This document shows, piece by piece, positions 12,661 through 25,800 of a stretch of DNA of 64,000 bases. Positions within the stretch are counted from its first letter, which is position 1, and each line of letters begins with the position of its first letter. Made by a program: the position numbers and the translations under genes. The notes under the pieces are model-generated. The model made no database searches and was not told the origin of the DNA. It was given only the letters and a program-made list of their open reading frames with translations. The stretch is from the human T2T-CHM13v2.0 reference genome, Homo sapiens. The stretch is from assembly GCF_009914755.1 (NCBI RefSeq), contig NC_060927.1; one strand, written 5' to 3'.

Positions 12661-13226
12661 ATACAGCTACGTAACCATTGGGTAGAGTATCCTTATTTGA
12701 GTACTGTCACTCCTGACTAAGACACAACATTTTTAGAACTCTGTGAAGTTAGAGATTAATTTGGGGGAAACTGATAATGTGAAATGAATTTTCCTTCTAT
12801 CCATTAAAAAGGTGGGACTGCCTAAGTGGCTGCTTAAATAACTTTAGTCTTGCAGTAGGTTTGAATAAGGTAAAATTTCTCATTACTGTTTATTTCAGCA
12901 AAGTATGTCAGTGTTAATATCATTATTATAAATATGTCTTTATTACCCTTTTTGAAAATGATATGGTTACATAAAGACATAATAGTGGTTACATAATACT
13001 ACTTATTACATAAATGGTGGGACTGTACTCCATTTTCTATCCTGTATATATACCATCAAACCTTTCCTTGTGTGCCTCTTTGTCTTTTATTTTTGAAGTT
13101 TATTTCCTATTGCCTTTTGAGACTATTTTCCACTTGTTATCCCACCCACTTCCTTCACATTTTGTGCATTTTTTTTTCATTCTTTTGTTATGGCTTCCTG
13201 GTTCAGTTTTATTCAAATAAAAATCA

Positions 13227-13566
<340 letters not shown>

Positions 13567-14409
13567 CTAGTTATCTGAAATTTTCTTCTGATTTCCATGA
13601 TAAATCATTTTTTCTCTTATTTGCTTATTCTGAAACAAAGCTATATTATATGGTTGATAGGTGGTTGATGCCCAGTTGACATTCACATTCTTAGCACGTA
13701 TCAGACATTCACAGAATGTGGCTGAGTTCATTTTAAAGAAGAATCTGCTTATATTCCATGTACTTAGTTTTAACATAATCTGATCTCAAGGAAAGCAAAG
13801 CACTCTATATGTTTTATATATACTTCTACATTACAAACCTCAATGTGTATTACCTTCATGATGTTTCCCTACTACTACCCAGGGAAAAATACATTTCTAT
13901 AATGCAATGTGATTTACCCTTCCTTTCATTCACTCATTTTCTAGGAAATATTTTCTGCAAATAAATATAGAAAAAGAGATACTTAGCACTAGAGGGAGAA
14001 AGTGAGAAAGGCAGTCCACTGGCTTCGGACTGCAGTAGTCACAGACATGCAATTGAGGAATGGTTTCTGGATGCTATAGATTATATTTCTAAATCAGGAT
14101 GCATGAAACTGGGTAAATCGGTTTGTTTTATTTTCTGCCAATAAGCTATAGTGAACCTCTAATTGATTTCACGATTAAGTTCCATCAGTCTTGTCGTTAC
14201 AGCTTAGTAACAGGTTGTCTAACCTAGTTTTTAGTACTCTAATGGGAATCTTAAAAAGGTATATTAGAAACTTCTTATTATAAGATGATATTTTTGTAAT
14301 GGTCTGCCAATAGTTTTAATTTACTTGGTGGTGATTTGGTCATTGAACATTGTTTTAATAAAATCTAATTTGTAACTTTTTCTCACAAAGACGAATACTT
14401 TATGAGTTC

Positions 14410-14790
14410 ATTATGGAATCTTAAAAAGTCGATCTCATAGAAACAGAGTAAGAAGTGGTTAGCAGAAACAGGGGAAAGGGGAAGGAATGAGAAGAGGGAA
14501 CATGTTGATCAAAGAGAACAAAATTTTATTTATAGGAGAGAACTCAGTTTTGGTGATCTATTGCTCTGCATGATGACTTCAGTTAATAGCAATGCATTGT
14601 ATATTTCAAAATTGATAAAAGAGTAGATTTTTAATGTTCTCACTGGACAAAAAAAGTTAGTGAGGTGATGAATATGTTAATTAGCTTGATTTAATTCTTC
14701 TACAATGCACAACAAAAATCAAAACATTATTTTGTATCCCATAAATATATACAATTATTATTAGTGTATTAAACAGAAATTTAAAAATTT
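14410..14790 (+). mobile_element. L1MA (MA7-9-like) 3' end
   Basis: gatctcatagaaacagagta...gtgaggtgatgaatatgttaattagcttgattta...cccataaatatatacaattatt. Confidence 0.85.
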
Positions 14791-16229
14791 AAACATATAT
14801 AAAAACTAACAAATATTTAATATCTCATAACCAGGATAGCATTCTTACTGCTTTGGAATGACCATTTTCTTTGACACTTGCCTTTGAAATAATAAAGAAT
14901 CCAGTTTACACTTGGAGCACCTGATAAAATTTCAAAAGAATAAAGAAACTGAGATTGTATATAATGTTTCAGAATGAATACTGCGATGATGTGTTTTGAA
15001 TAATCATAAAGACTGTGTTATGGTAAAATAGATTGGTCTTGTTTATTTTGAGGGGCATAAACATGTTATCATCTCTTTAATGACCTTGTATTGTCATTAT
15101 CAAAATCCTAAAATGTGCTTCTATTCTTTTTTTTCTCTTATTTGAATGAATTACTGTTAAAGGACATTTTGTATTGGCAGTAAACAATCACATGCTGGAA
15201 TAGGTAGTCAAATAGATGAAAAAGTTGAGAAAATTGAAGTGAATGGATTGCTGAGTTTTTAATAGAATCTTAGTACACTTATTCATAAACTATGACTAAG
15301 CCTCATTCATTTTCTTGGGTTTTATTTACAGTTATTTACACTATACCCACATATCTTTGTCCAACTCAACTTAATTTTCCATCTAGTTTATATTACATTT
15401 CCTACTTTAAAATGTATATAGCCACTATTGTATTTTCTTAAATGACTTTTTTACACATGGAGATTTTTCTTTTCCACATGAACTCTAGGTGTTTCCTTTT
15501 CTATGTATTCTGAATATCAACCTTATATGTTTTATTTTAAAAACATAATCTTATTAAACCATAAACTCTATAGTTGTGGAGACATGGAGAAATTTCTAAA
15601 AGTCATTAGAGATTCTCTTTTTTACTTGTTACTTTAAAAAAAAAGAAAGAAAATAAATATGTTAATTGAGCTAAGTGCCTACCTACTTGTGGCAAAAGTT
15701 GTCCAGGATGTCATTGATTTGTGATTGTATTCCATTTTTACTTCTAAAAATCTTTAGTCATCATTTTGAGTGATATTTATCAATAACTTATGATGAGTGG
15801 ATCTTACCCATATTGTTGACTCACCTTGCCTGTGAAAATTCTATATGTATGTTAAATTTAAGTTCAGGTAGACCTTATTATAAATTACTTGAAATAATAT
15901 ATATAAGTATAAGATTACAAGAAATCTAGGTGTAATTTATGTTATTTAAACAAACAGAAGGAAAACATTTTTTTTACCAATCTCCCTCCCAAGAACTTAC
16001 CAAATTATTTTAGATGACTTGTAAATTCATTAATTTAGGTAGTTCAACATTTTTCAGTTATTAAAAAAAGTAGATATGTATAGCATGTTAACTATTTTAC
16101 TTTCAGAGCAATTTTTTCTTGTTTTAGACATATTTAATGATGTATAAACTTAGAGAAAGAACACTGACATAATTAGATTATGCATTTGTTAATATAACCT
16201 TTATCAGGAAAGTTCAAAATATTAGAGTA

Positions 16230-16670
16230 AAATCACAAAGTCCAAAGTTTTAAAAGTAAAATTCATCATTCAAAGGGAAGAATCAGGGGATATTGCTGAA
16301 ATATGGAAGGTTAATGAAGTTAAAGAAGTAGATATTATTTAAAAGTAGAAAGACAAGTGACTAAATAACCAAACATAATTGTATAAGGATTAAGCTTTGG
16401 AAAGAGATAGGAAAGAATAGCCTAAATTAAAATCTCATTTTGTATATCAGGAAATAAATTTATATTGTCTAAATAATTCATAAATCTAGAAATAGTGCTA
16501 TAAAAGTAATTACCAAAAGCACTAAATGTGGACATAGTTAAAGACAGTGCCTTTGGGAAATGGGCTTGGGGTCCAACAGGAAGAACGTGTAATTGATTAC
16601 TTTTTATCATAAGCTCAACTGTAGTCTTCTTTTGAAACTATGTACATACACTATTTTAATAGAAACATTT
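16230..16670 (+). mobile_element. Ancient L1MC/ME 3' fragment
   Basis: Degenerate match (tttttatcataagc...ttttgaaactatgtacatacactattttaatag). Confidence 0.4.
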
Positions 16671-16834
16671 CTTAAAAGTTGTTTATCTTTTGAAATGATC
16701 TCTTAAGTTTCATTTAAAAGATTCCAGATGGTTGAGTTGTAACCCACAGAGAAGCTCTGTATGAACACTAATTGATGTAGAACCAAGAACTCCAAAGAAA
16801 AATTCAGGAAACAGATCTTCTCTTACACTCACCT

Positions 16835-17995
16835 ACTGATTTATTCCACAGATGTTTATGGAGGACTTACTCATGCCAGGCATTCTGTTAAAGCACTGGG
16901 AAACGTGAGCAAAAATACCCAACATCCTTGCTCTTACAGAGCTTCTAGTCTAGAGGAAAAAAAAATGGCCACTTAAATAATTTCACAAAAATGTTGAATT
17001 TTAACATATTTACATGATACAGTAAGCACATATAGCTGGTAGCCCAACCTAGACTTTTATGGGAAGTCAAAGTCAGGGACGACTCTCCTGAGAGAGTAAT
17101 AAACAATTATCTGAGGCATAAGTATGCCTTAGCTTAGAGAACTCGGCAGGTGGTTCAGATTTACAGTGAGCGGCATAGGTTACGATGCTGTGAAAGAACA
17201 AACGTGAAAAAGTGGACAGACGCCCTCTTTTTTGCAAAGAGTAAAGGAGAGCAGGATGTAAGATAGAACTGAGGGTGAAGGTAATGGGATAGACATCACA
17301 ATAAGAAGCCATTGAAATGTTATAGCGATCATATTTATGTTTCATAAAGTCCTTTTGGATGCGGTGTTATAGGACCATTAGACGGGCAAAAGAACAGATC
17401 TAGTGAGGGCAATGAAAGAGTGTGTCAATAAGCTCTGGACGAGAGTGATTATAGTCTTAGAATAGAGAGGTAGCAGTAAAGATTTAAACCACATGAGTGG
17501 AATCAACAGATAAGTATCAGGAAGGGGCAGCAGTGTTCTCTATTAAACTGTACAGAGGAGGTGGCCTATAATTTACTAGTTTCTGCATGCAAAAATAGGT
17601 GAATTGAAAGAACATTGCATTAAGAGGAACTGCAGGAAGTAGAGCAGCTTTGAGTTATGCTCTTAATTTACATTTGACACACAGTGTGATACCTGCAAAA
17701 ATTCAGGAAGAGGGATTAAGTAGTATGTATGTTAGAAATACTGGTCTGATTTTCAGAGAAGAGTGCGGACTGGGGGTAAAAATTTGAGTCAACTCTATTG
17801 ATGTGCGAATTGAAGGCCTGGGTGTGGAGGAATTGTTATGGGGGAAAAATGAAGTAAAATGTAATGAGAGCTTAAGACACAGAATTGGGAGACCTCCAAC
17901 TTGTAATAAAATTGTATAAGGGAGGAGTTGAATAAGCAAACAAGAAGGAGAAATGCTTGTAATCATAGAGAGTGATTCATGTGAAGAAATTTCAT
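16835..17995 (-). mobile_element. L2 (L2a-like), long degenerate fragment
   Basis: gatgtttatggaggacttactcatgccaggcattctg...ccttgctcttacagagcttctagtctag followed by purine-rich L2 body. Confidence 0.7.
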
Positions 17996-18630
17996 TTTGT
18001 AACAAAGAAAAGGGATGGATGAACGGGGCAGAATATGACTGTGTCCATTTGAAATCCAGTCAGTCACAAGCTAAGATGTCCAAAATCAGAAACAAAAGTA
18101 TTTTAATTTTGTCTGGTAATGAACTATTTTAAAAACAATTACGTTGTATCACTGACTAATTGGTCAATGTTTGTGTTCAACAATGGGAGATCAACTCATC
18201 AGAGCCACTGGGAGCTTAACTGTGCATTGGCTCTGTGAAGATTGCTTGCAAGATGCCAGAGCTTATTCTACAACTTCCAAGCAGAGGAAGGGCTAGAGTC
18301 AAATTATGAGATCACATAGCCAGAAATTCAAAAAGACTAGATAAATTCTGTAAACCCTGATCGAAGATAGCAGGCTGCTTCTAAATGCCCAAGGCTCTGC
18401 CCAAAGGGAGAACTTCTGTCTGAGTCAGAATCCTGATTCTGGCTAGCAGTCACTTGACAGTCTGAATTCAACATTGTTCTTGTATTTGAATTATAATCAA
18501 CGTATTTTTATTCTAAGTTGACGTCTCAACAAGTGTGGGAACACCCTTTACCAATTCTTACAGTCTTTTCCCCCCTTTTTATGCTAAGGATGACACAAAA
18601 GATAGATTATGTATGTGCACGTGCACGCGT

Positions 18631-18892
18631 ATAGTTTGTGTGTGTTTATATAATTTTGTTGTGTTGGAATTTACATCACTCTAAAGAAGCAAGCATTTAA
18701 TGGATAAATGGATGTTTGGGCTTTTACAAAAATTGAACTTTACTGTAAAAATATTTTCAGTGTATGTTATATGATGCAGGAGGGAAAAAATTAGTATTCG
18801 GATAGCTATTTGCTAAAGAACAATTCAGTTAAGCTGAGTGGTACTCTTGCCTGTTATTATTAGGATGGGGGTTATCTCCTAGATATTAGTTT
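18631..18892 (+). repeat. Copy 1 of an old local duplication (partner ~21521-21817)
   Basis: Shares catttaatggat, tgtatgttatatgatgcaggaggg, ggatagctatt, ctaaagaacaa, gttaagctg, tggtactcttgc, aggatggggg and tagatattagtt in the same order and spacing with copy 2. Confidence 0.9.
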
Positions 18893-19231
18893 TTCTTTCC
18901 AAGAAATGAGCAGATTTACATATCTCATTGCTTGGCATTATCATTATGAAACATCAAAATACAAAAGAAAAAAATACCCAGATGGTGTTTTGAACATTCT
19001 CATTAACGAATCAGTTCCTTCAGTACATAAGGCTCAAATGGGTCTTATCTCAAAAATAAGTAAATAAAATAAGAGAAAAAAATTCTAAATTCTTGAAAAA
19101 CATATGCATTTTTCTGTATCTTGTGTTAAATTTCAATAAACATCAGCCATTTCTGAAATTATCCATCTGATTATTTCAAGTATTGGGACATTTTGGGTCA
19201 GACTAATTTCTGGTATACTAAGGAATCAGAT

Positions 19232-19509
<278 letters not shown>

Positions 19510-19514
<5 letters not shown>

Positions 19515-19654
19515 GCACTTTGGGAGGCTGAGGTGGGCAGATCTTGAGGTCAGGAGATGGAGAATATCCTGGCTAACACAGTGAAACCCAGGAGATGGAG
19601 AACATCCTGGCTAACATGGTGAAAGCCCGACTCCATTAAAACTACCAAAAATTA
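19510..19654 (+). mobile_element. Alu left-arm fragment with 38-nt tandem duplication
   Basis: tcccagcactttgggagg..., with caggagatggagaa(t/c)atcctggctaaca..gtgaaa repeated at 19551-19588 and 19589-19626. Confidence 0.88.
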
Positions 19655-19962
<308 letters not shown>

Positions 19963-20274
19963 CTATATGGTAATGTTGAGGATATGAGCACTAACTGAAA
20001 TAAAAGTTGTCATTTAGAAAATTACCTTGAGACAAAGGCAGCCTCCAGTTTCACTACCTGGACGTCATGGAACAGAGAGACTCATAGACCAAATTAAATT
20101 GCTCTGATCACATAGTTTTTAAATCGATTTAAAACATAGGGAGAAGCAAAGGAGAGAGAGATGGGATAGGTTAAAAGGTTTATTTTAATTAATAAAATAA
20201 AATAAAAATAAAAAATAAGGTGCAAGCATGTTGAAAAGACCAAAATACCTGAATTCTGGAGTATACTATTGTTG

Positions 20275-20377
20275 TTGTCCCCATTTAGAACTGTGGGTCT
20301 TCAGGCTTGAGAGTTGGGGCCTTTGCTGGGGAACCACCGTCTTCTACCCAGTGTTTCCTTGTCTTCTGTCCATATCA
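20275..20377 (-). mobile_element. 5' ~100 nt of an ERV1 LTR (LTR1/MER52/LTR27-28 group)
   Basis: Minus strand reads tgatatggacagaagacaaggaaacactgggtagaagacggtggttccccagcaaaggcccc, matching a recalled LTR start. Subfamily uncertain. Confidence 0.65.
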
Positions 20378-21520
20378 CTATGTTTGTGTGTACTCTCTGC
20401 CATATCCATTTTTCCCCATTGGCTAAATGGCTGTAAGGCCTAGAGTTGTGGTTTCAAACAAAGGAGCCCATAGAGGGGGATTTACGGTAGCCTAATAACT
20501 TGTGTTTGCTTTGTGGGAAAGACACGGGAACAGTATGCCTGGCTCATAGCTATAGTTTGCCAATCAGCCTGCTGACCAGTCATAGATTTTATTTGTGTTT
20601 CTTTGAGAAAAAACGCAGGGAGCCAGAATCTTTGTCAATGATGAATAGTGAATTAAGGCTTTATGAATATTAGATGCTCATGTATTTTTAGTATATGAAT
20701 ATTTAGTGCACCGGTACCTTATGTGTGTTTAATTCCTCTTAAATATTTAGTATCTTTTGGTCCCTCTATTTTTTGATGTTTAATACAAATTTGGGCTACT
20801 TATAGACTACTGATCTATATACTTTTTACACCTTGAAATGTTTTGCTTTTGTTTTTCTGAACAACAAACTTATTCATCTCTTTCAATAATATTGAATATT
20901 CTCAAAAGCAAATGATTTTCGAAAACGTAAAGTCAAAAGTCTTCTCCTTATTATTATATGCTAAAAGAAAGGTTAAAATGTTAGTGCCAGTCTCAGTCAA
21001 GAGTATGTTATTCAAAAAGTGACTTTGAAATGTTTCATTTCAAAGTTCCTTCAACTCTGGTAACTAAGAGCCAATAGGTGCAGACATATCAAAAGAGCAA
21101 ACATGAAAGTGGTCTTGATTTTAGTGTAGATCCAAGTCCAAATTGGTTAAGGTAAAGGATCTACAGAGTTACAAGATAAGAAAATTATGTGAGGTTATGC
21201 AGGAAAATGCTTACAGCTCACTTTGCAAAGACAAAAAGATATGAGAAGAAATTTAGCTGATTAAATATTGATGAGTTCTCCTTCTGGGACACTATGTAGA
21301 GTAAACTTGGAATAAATGATGAACATTACAACTGATCAAAAGAAAACACTTTTAAGTAGAAAAATTGTCTTACGGGATTATCACTGTAAAATAAACTTTT
21401 CTTCTTGACTTTTCCCTTTTGACTTTTCTGTCTATATATCTGAGTAAATATAAGCCTAATTGCCCTCATTTATATACACAGATAGTTCTAATAGTAAAAT
21501 AAAAAGAAATAGCATACCAC

Positions 21521-21817
21521 ATACTGTGTGTGTGTTCATATAATTGTGTTGAAATTTATTTGGTTGGTGCAAAAGTAATTGTGGTTTTTGTCATTACTTT
21601 TGTGGCTCTAAATAAGCAACCATTTAATGGATGAATGGATGATGAGCTTTTAAAAAAAAATTGGACTTCATTGTAATATATTTTCCATGTATGTTATATG
21701 ATGCAGGAGGGGAAAAATACTATTTGGATAGCTATTCACTAAAGAACAACTCGGTTAAGCTGCATGGTACTCTTGCTTGCTATCAGGATGGGGGTAATCT
21801 TTTAGATATTAGTTATT
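21521..21817 (+). repeat. Copy 2 of the local duplication (partner ~18631-18892)
   Basis: Collinear with copy 1; interrupted by a MADE1 half-element. Confidence 0.9.
21559..21606. mobile_element. MADE1 (Hsmar1 MITE), one TIR plus spacer only
   Basis: ta|tttggttggtgcaaaagtaattgtggtttttgtcattactttt matches MADE1 ttaggttggtgcaaaagtaattgcggtttttgccattactttt. Confidence 0.88.
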
Positions 21818-22196
21818 TTACTCTGTTACATTGCTAACAGGGTAAAACAGGTTAACCATAATTTATGTAGAAAATATAGAATGTGAGAAAATAAATAACG
21901 CAATGAGAAATACAAAGACTAAACAAACATTAAATAAAAAATACCAAACACATGCATAAGATACAAACTCATACAGTAATACTCAGCCTTGAAATAATCT
22001 TCTAAACTTATGAAAATAGCAAAACATAATACAAAAGAGAAAATCTCAACACTGTTATTGTAAAGTTGTTTTAAATTTTGTGTGCTAAATCATTGATATT
22101 AATATTATAAGTAACTGTAAGTCTTCTAGCAGGCTAGATATTAGGCAATATATAGCCAGAAACAACTTTTTTATACATTAAAAAAAAAAAAATTCA

Positions 22197-22510
22197 GATT
22201 GGGTGTGGTGGCTCACACCTGTAATTCCAGCAATTTGGGAAGCCAAAATGGGAGGATTGCTTGAGCCCAGGAATTTGAGAACAACCTGGTCAACATACTG
22301 CGAGACCTTGTCTCTATTTAAAAAAAAAAAAAAAAAAATTAGCAGGGCATGATGGTGCATACCTGTAGTTCCAGTTACCGAGAGGCTGAGATGGGAGGAT
22401 CCCGTGAGCCTGGGATTTCAAGGCTGCAGTAAATCATAATCATGCTGCTGCACTCCAGTCTGGGCAACAGAGCAAGACCTCATCTTAAAATAAATAAATA
22501 AATAAATAAA
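22197..22510 (+). mobile_element. AluJ
   Basis: gggaggattgcttgagcccagg...aggctgcagt J diagnostics; (TAAA)n tail. Confidence 0.93.
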
Positions 22511-25389
22511 ATTTCAATCAGAAATATATTTCACAGAAACACATCAGTATATGAAAAAAGTTGCTAAAATTAATTCTTCCAATAGTTTTCTAAAATGGCA
22601 AGAACATTGAAACAAAAAACATTTAATGCTCTATTGTAATATTTACAGTGTTGTGTTGTGATTAAAAGTAAATTATAAAATAGTACAGAGTTATTTTTAT
22701 AAAGGTAAGCACTAGTTTTTTAATTGGATATAGCAAAATTAGTTAATTTTTAGAGATAATTTGCATTCTGAAGACTGCTATTTGTTTTAATTGAATCACC
22801 ACTTCCTTACTGGAATTAAAATTTATGTGAAACAGAACAGTTTTGTTTTAGTAACTTTGAATTGTGTTTATCATAACAGTAAATGATAACAGTTATAGGA
22901 TTTAAGAAGTATTGTGCTAATGACAAGATCACTGATGTTAAGTAGAAAAAAGGCCTTTTTTACTTTGGAGAAGAAGTTACATTTACTACAATGCTGTAAA
23001 AGTAGGCTTCATAATTGTACACAGATAGCTATAAAATTCAAGAACAAAGTTTTTGTCACTAGCGTGTAAACTTTTAGCCCTTAAGGCTCTTTTCTACATT
23101 CAAATTGTTTGCATTACATAATTTTCTAATAATATGAGGTTTGCAGAAGTGAGAAAGTATTAACTGAGATGATTGCAAAAAAAAGTGTGAAAACTGCAAT
23201 TCTATGATACGTGAATGTATGTGGATGATAATGTGTGAAAACAAATAAATATATGATGCTGAGTCACTTGAATTGTTGTTAAGTGACTATATATTATCTT
23301 TGAAATTTAAAATAATTAAAAAATGTAATATTGAGGGATAAATCAGTGTTAAGATGGACTTTATAGAGCACTAAGCAATTGTTTATGATATATTTAATAA
23401 TTAAAATATTTATAAATTTGGTTACAATTGGGTTAAATATTAGTCAGAAAACAAGCAGCCAAAATACAGAGGAAGAGAAAAGAAAAAAAAAAAAAAAAGT
23501 CCAGCCAGGTGCCAAAACTGCAAAATTCACTGGTTTCTAAAATATTCAATAGATAATACTAACTTCTTTTTATGAGACAAGACAATGTAAACTATAATGC
23601 ATCTACTCTAATTAATTACTCAGAAGCAGAAGAAAGTAAATAATTATTGAACTAATTCTCAAAGTGGACATAATTAGCACATTAATCGTCCATCATAAAT
23701 TATTTAATTCAATAATAATCCTGGAAGAAAAATTAATATTATAGTCAGTAGTAAAGTGTTTTGCATTTAATACTCATCATCATAATGCTGTCAACTGGAA
23801 TAAACGATGCCTTCAAATAATTTTTTAAAACTATTTTTGTTAAATTGTTAGGATATATTAATTTCTACTGAGTAGGATAATGAGTTTTAAAAAAAAACAA
23901 TTCAGTAATTATCTCAGTTTTAGAATTTCTCTTAGACTTAAACCAATTAGCTCTCCACATCCCAACATAAGCTTTATCTCATTGGCACTGTAGTTTAAAA
24001 ATTCTAACTAAAATACTGAAATAAGGAAGAGGAAACATATGTAAAATAAGATTATAATGAGTTCTTTACAAAGGCACTTCAGAGCTGTCTGACATTAAAA
24101 AATTAAATGTTTAGTGTGTAACACATATTTAGTTTTATCTTTTACCCAACATTCTGATATTTATCAATAAAAACCTATAAACACTGTGACGTGACAAAAA
24201 TATTAAAAATACATTGAGTATTGAAAGCCAGCTATGGAAAAGTAGCTCCTTTCTTATGGGCTCCTGAGCCTTTTTATGAAGATCTGTTTAATGGATTGAG
24301 CTCCTTAGAACCTTGCTTGATTGACATTGGGAATGGTGTGGAGTTATGGTGAAAGCAAGCAAAATAAGCAGGACAGGTAAAGTAGGAGATGAGGAGAGAT
24401 AGCTGGGAATTCTCCATTGGCTGGGTTTGGGAAGAGTTTGGGAAATCAAAAAAGGAGAGCTGAAGTATAGGAGAATGAGACCAGAAAAGAGAAAAAGAGA
24501 AAGGGGATATTAGGTATTTTTGAGGTTATGATTAAAATCTACTTTTTGTATTTTGGAAAGGATTTCGTAAAGATTACATTTGTTTCTGTCTGCTAAATAG
24601 CAGACTTCAAGTACATGGCCTCAAGGCAGGAGCAAGAAGCTTTTTAATGGGTAACACATACATGTTTTCTAGTTTGGGGCCTCTGCCAAATACTCAGCCA
24701 AATTTTAAAAATAAAGAAGTTTTCCACTTTTGTAAGGTTATCATCCAATGCATTATTGTTGGATTCAATGTAAGCTTCCTATGAGTAATCTGTGGTTGTA
24801 TTCAATTTATAAAGTATATTAAATGTTCACATCTTTGATCAATGTTTCTAGAAGTAGGAACTTCATGAGATTGAATAGGAAGTATAATTTTTCCTTCTCT
24901 GAGCAATGCATCACATAAAATAAATATGTATAAAACCTGTAATGTAGCCTAGGTGGTTCACTTTCTCATTATCCGTGGAAGATGGCATGCCAGCCTTCAT
25001 TGTGAATTTAGAAGTGATAGTTACATAATAGCCTAATTGGTATTGGTCGATGAAATATAGTGAAGTCAATGACAATAATGGTCAAAGGGGAGGGGGCAGA
25101 TAATTGGAAAGCAAGAGGAGCACATATCACAGTAGGCTATTTTTCCACTTGGTTTTATATTGCTTTGAAAAAGAAGAGATTCTACAATAGTTCTGCTTCA
25201 GGCACTCAAATTAAATCTTTATAGTTTTAAAGTTTGTGTTGAGACTCAAAGACACTTGAATTTTGAACAGTCGAGAGCAACGGCAGGCAACCACCAGCTT
25301 GTCTGTTGCAGTTCACATGTATCAGATGTGATAAACCTTCCTGTTGAGTGATCATCACTTTTCTGTTTTCTTTTTCTTTTTTTTTTTTA

Positions 25390-25527
25390 TGTTTTGGAGT
25401 CATAGATACACAGAATGGTTAAATAGTGTACTCTAGCTCACAGACCTGTCAAGTGTCAGAGCTGGGACCCAAACATGAGCAGTTTTGCTTCAGAGTGAAT
25501 TCTCATAATCATTTTACATGCTGCCTC
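25390..25527 (-). mobile_element. MIR fragment
   Basis: aagtgtcagagctgggacccaaac...cttcagag...cattttacatgctgcctc. Confidence 0.6.
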
Positions 25528-25721
25528 TGGGGAAAAATGTATTGGGGGAGGGGTCATTTCAAGTATCCTTCTCAGTTGCATATGACAAGGGTTTTTGAAA
25601 TTCTTGTCCTGAAGCAGGTAGATAAATTGAATTAGGTTTAACCTGGATACAAGTCAGTATGATATAAATATTTCAATAATATACTTGTATGTCCTCTGTT
25701 TTATATTTCTCAAAATAATTT

Positions 25722-25800
25722 TAAAAATTATTATAAGCAAAAAATTATAGCAAAAATTATATAAAAAATTATTATAGCAAAAAATTATTATAAGCACAAA
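25722..25800 (+). repeat. Degenerate AT-rich tandem repeat (aaaaattattata(a)gc)n
   Basis: About five imperfect units seen directly. Confidence 0.75.

Noticed and set aside
18608-18633. Alternating purine-pyrimidine tract with gtgcacgtgcac (E-box CACGTG)
   Set aside because: Short and likely derived from a decayed (TG)n microsatellite; not enough for a Z-DNA or regulatory call.
25722-25800. Repeat with short variable gaps, CRISPR-like at a glance
   Set aside because: Simple AT-rich slippage repeat without unique spacers, in a mammalian intron.
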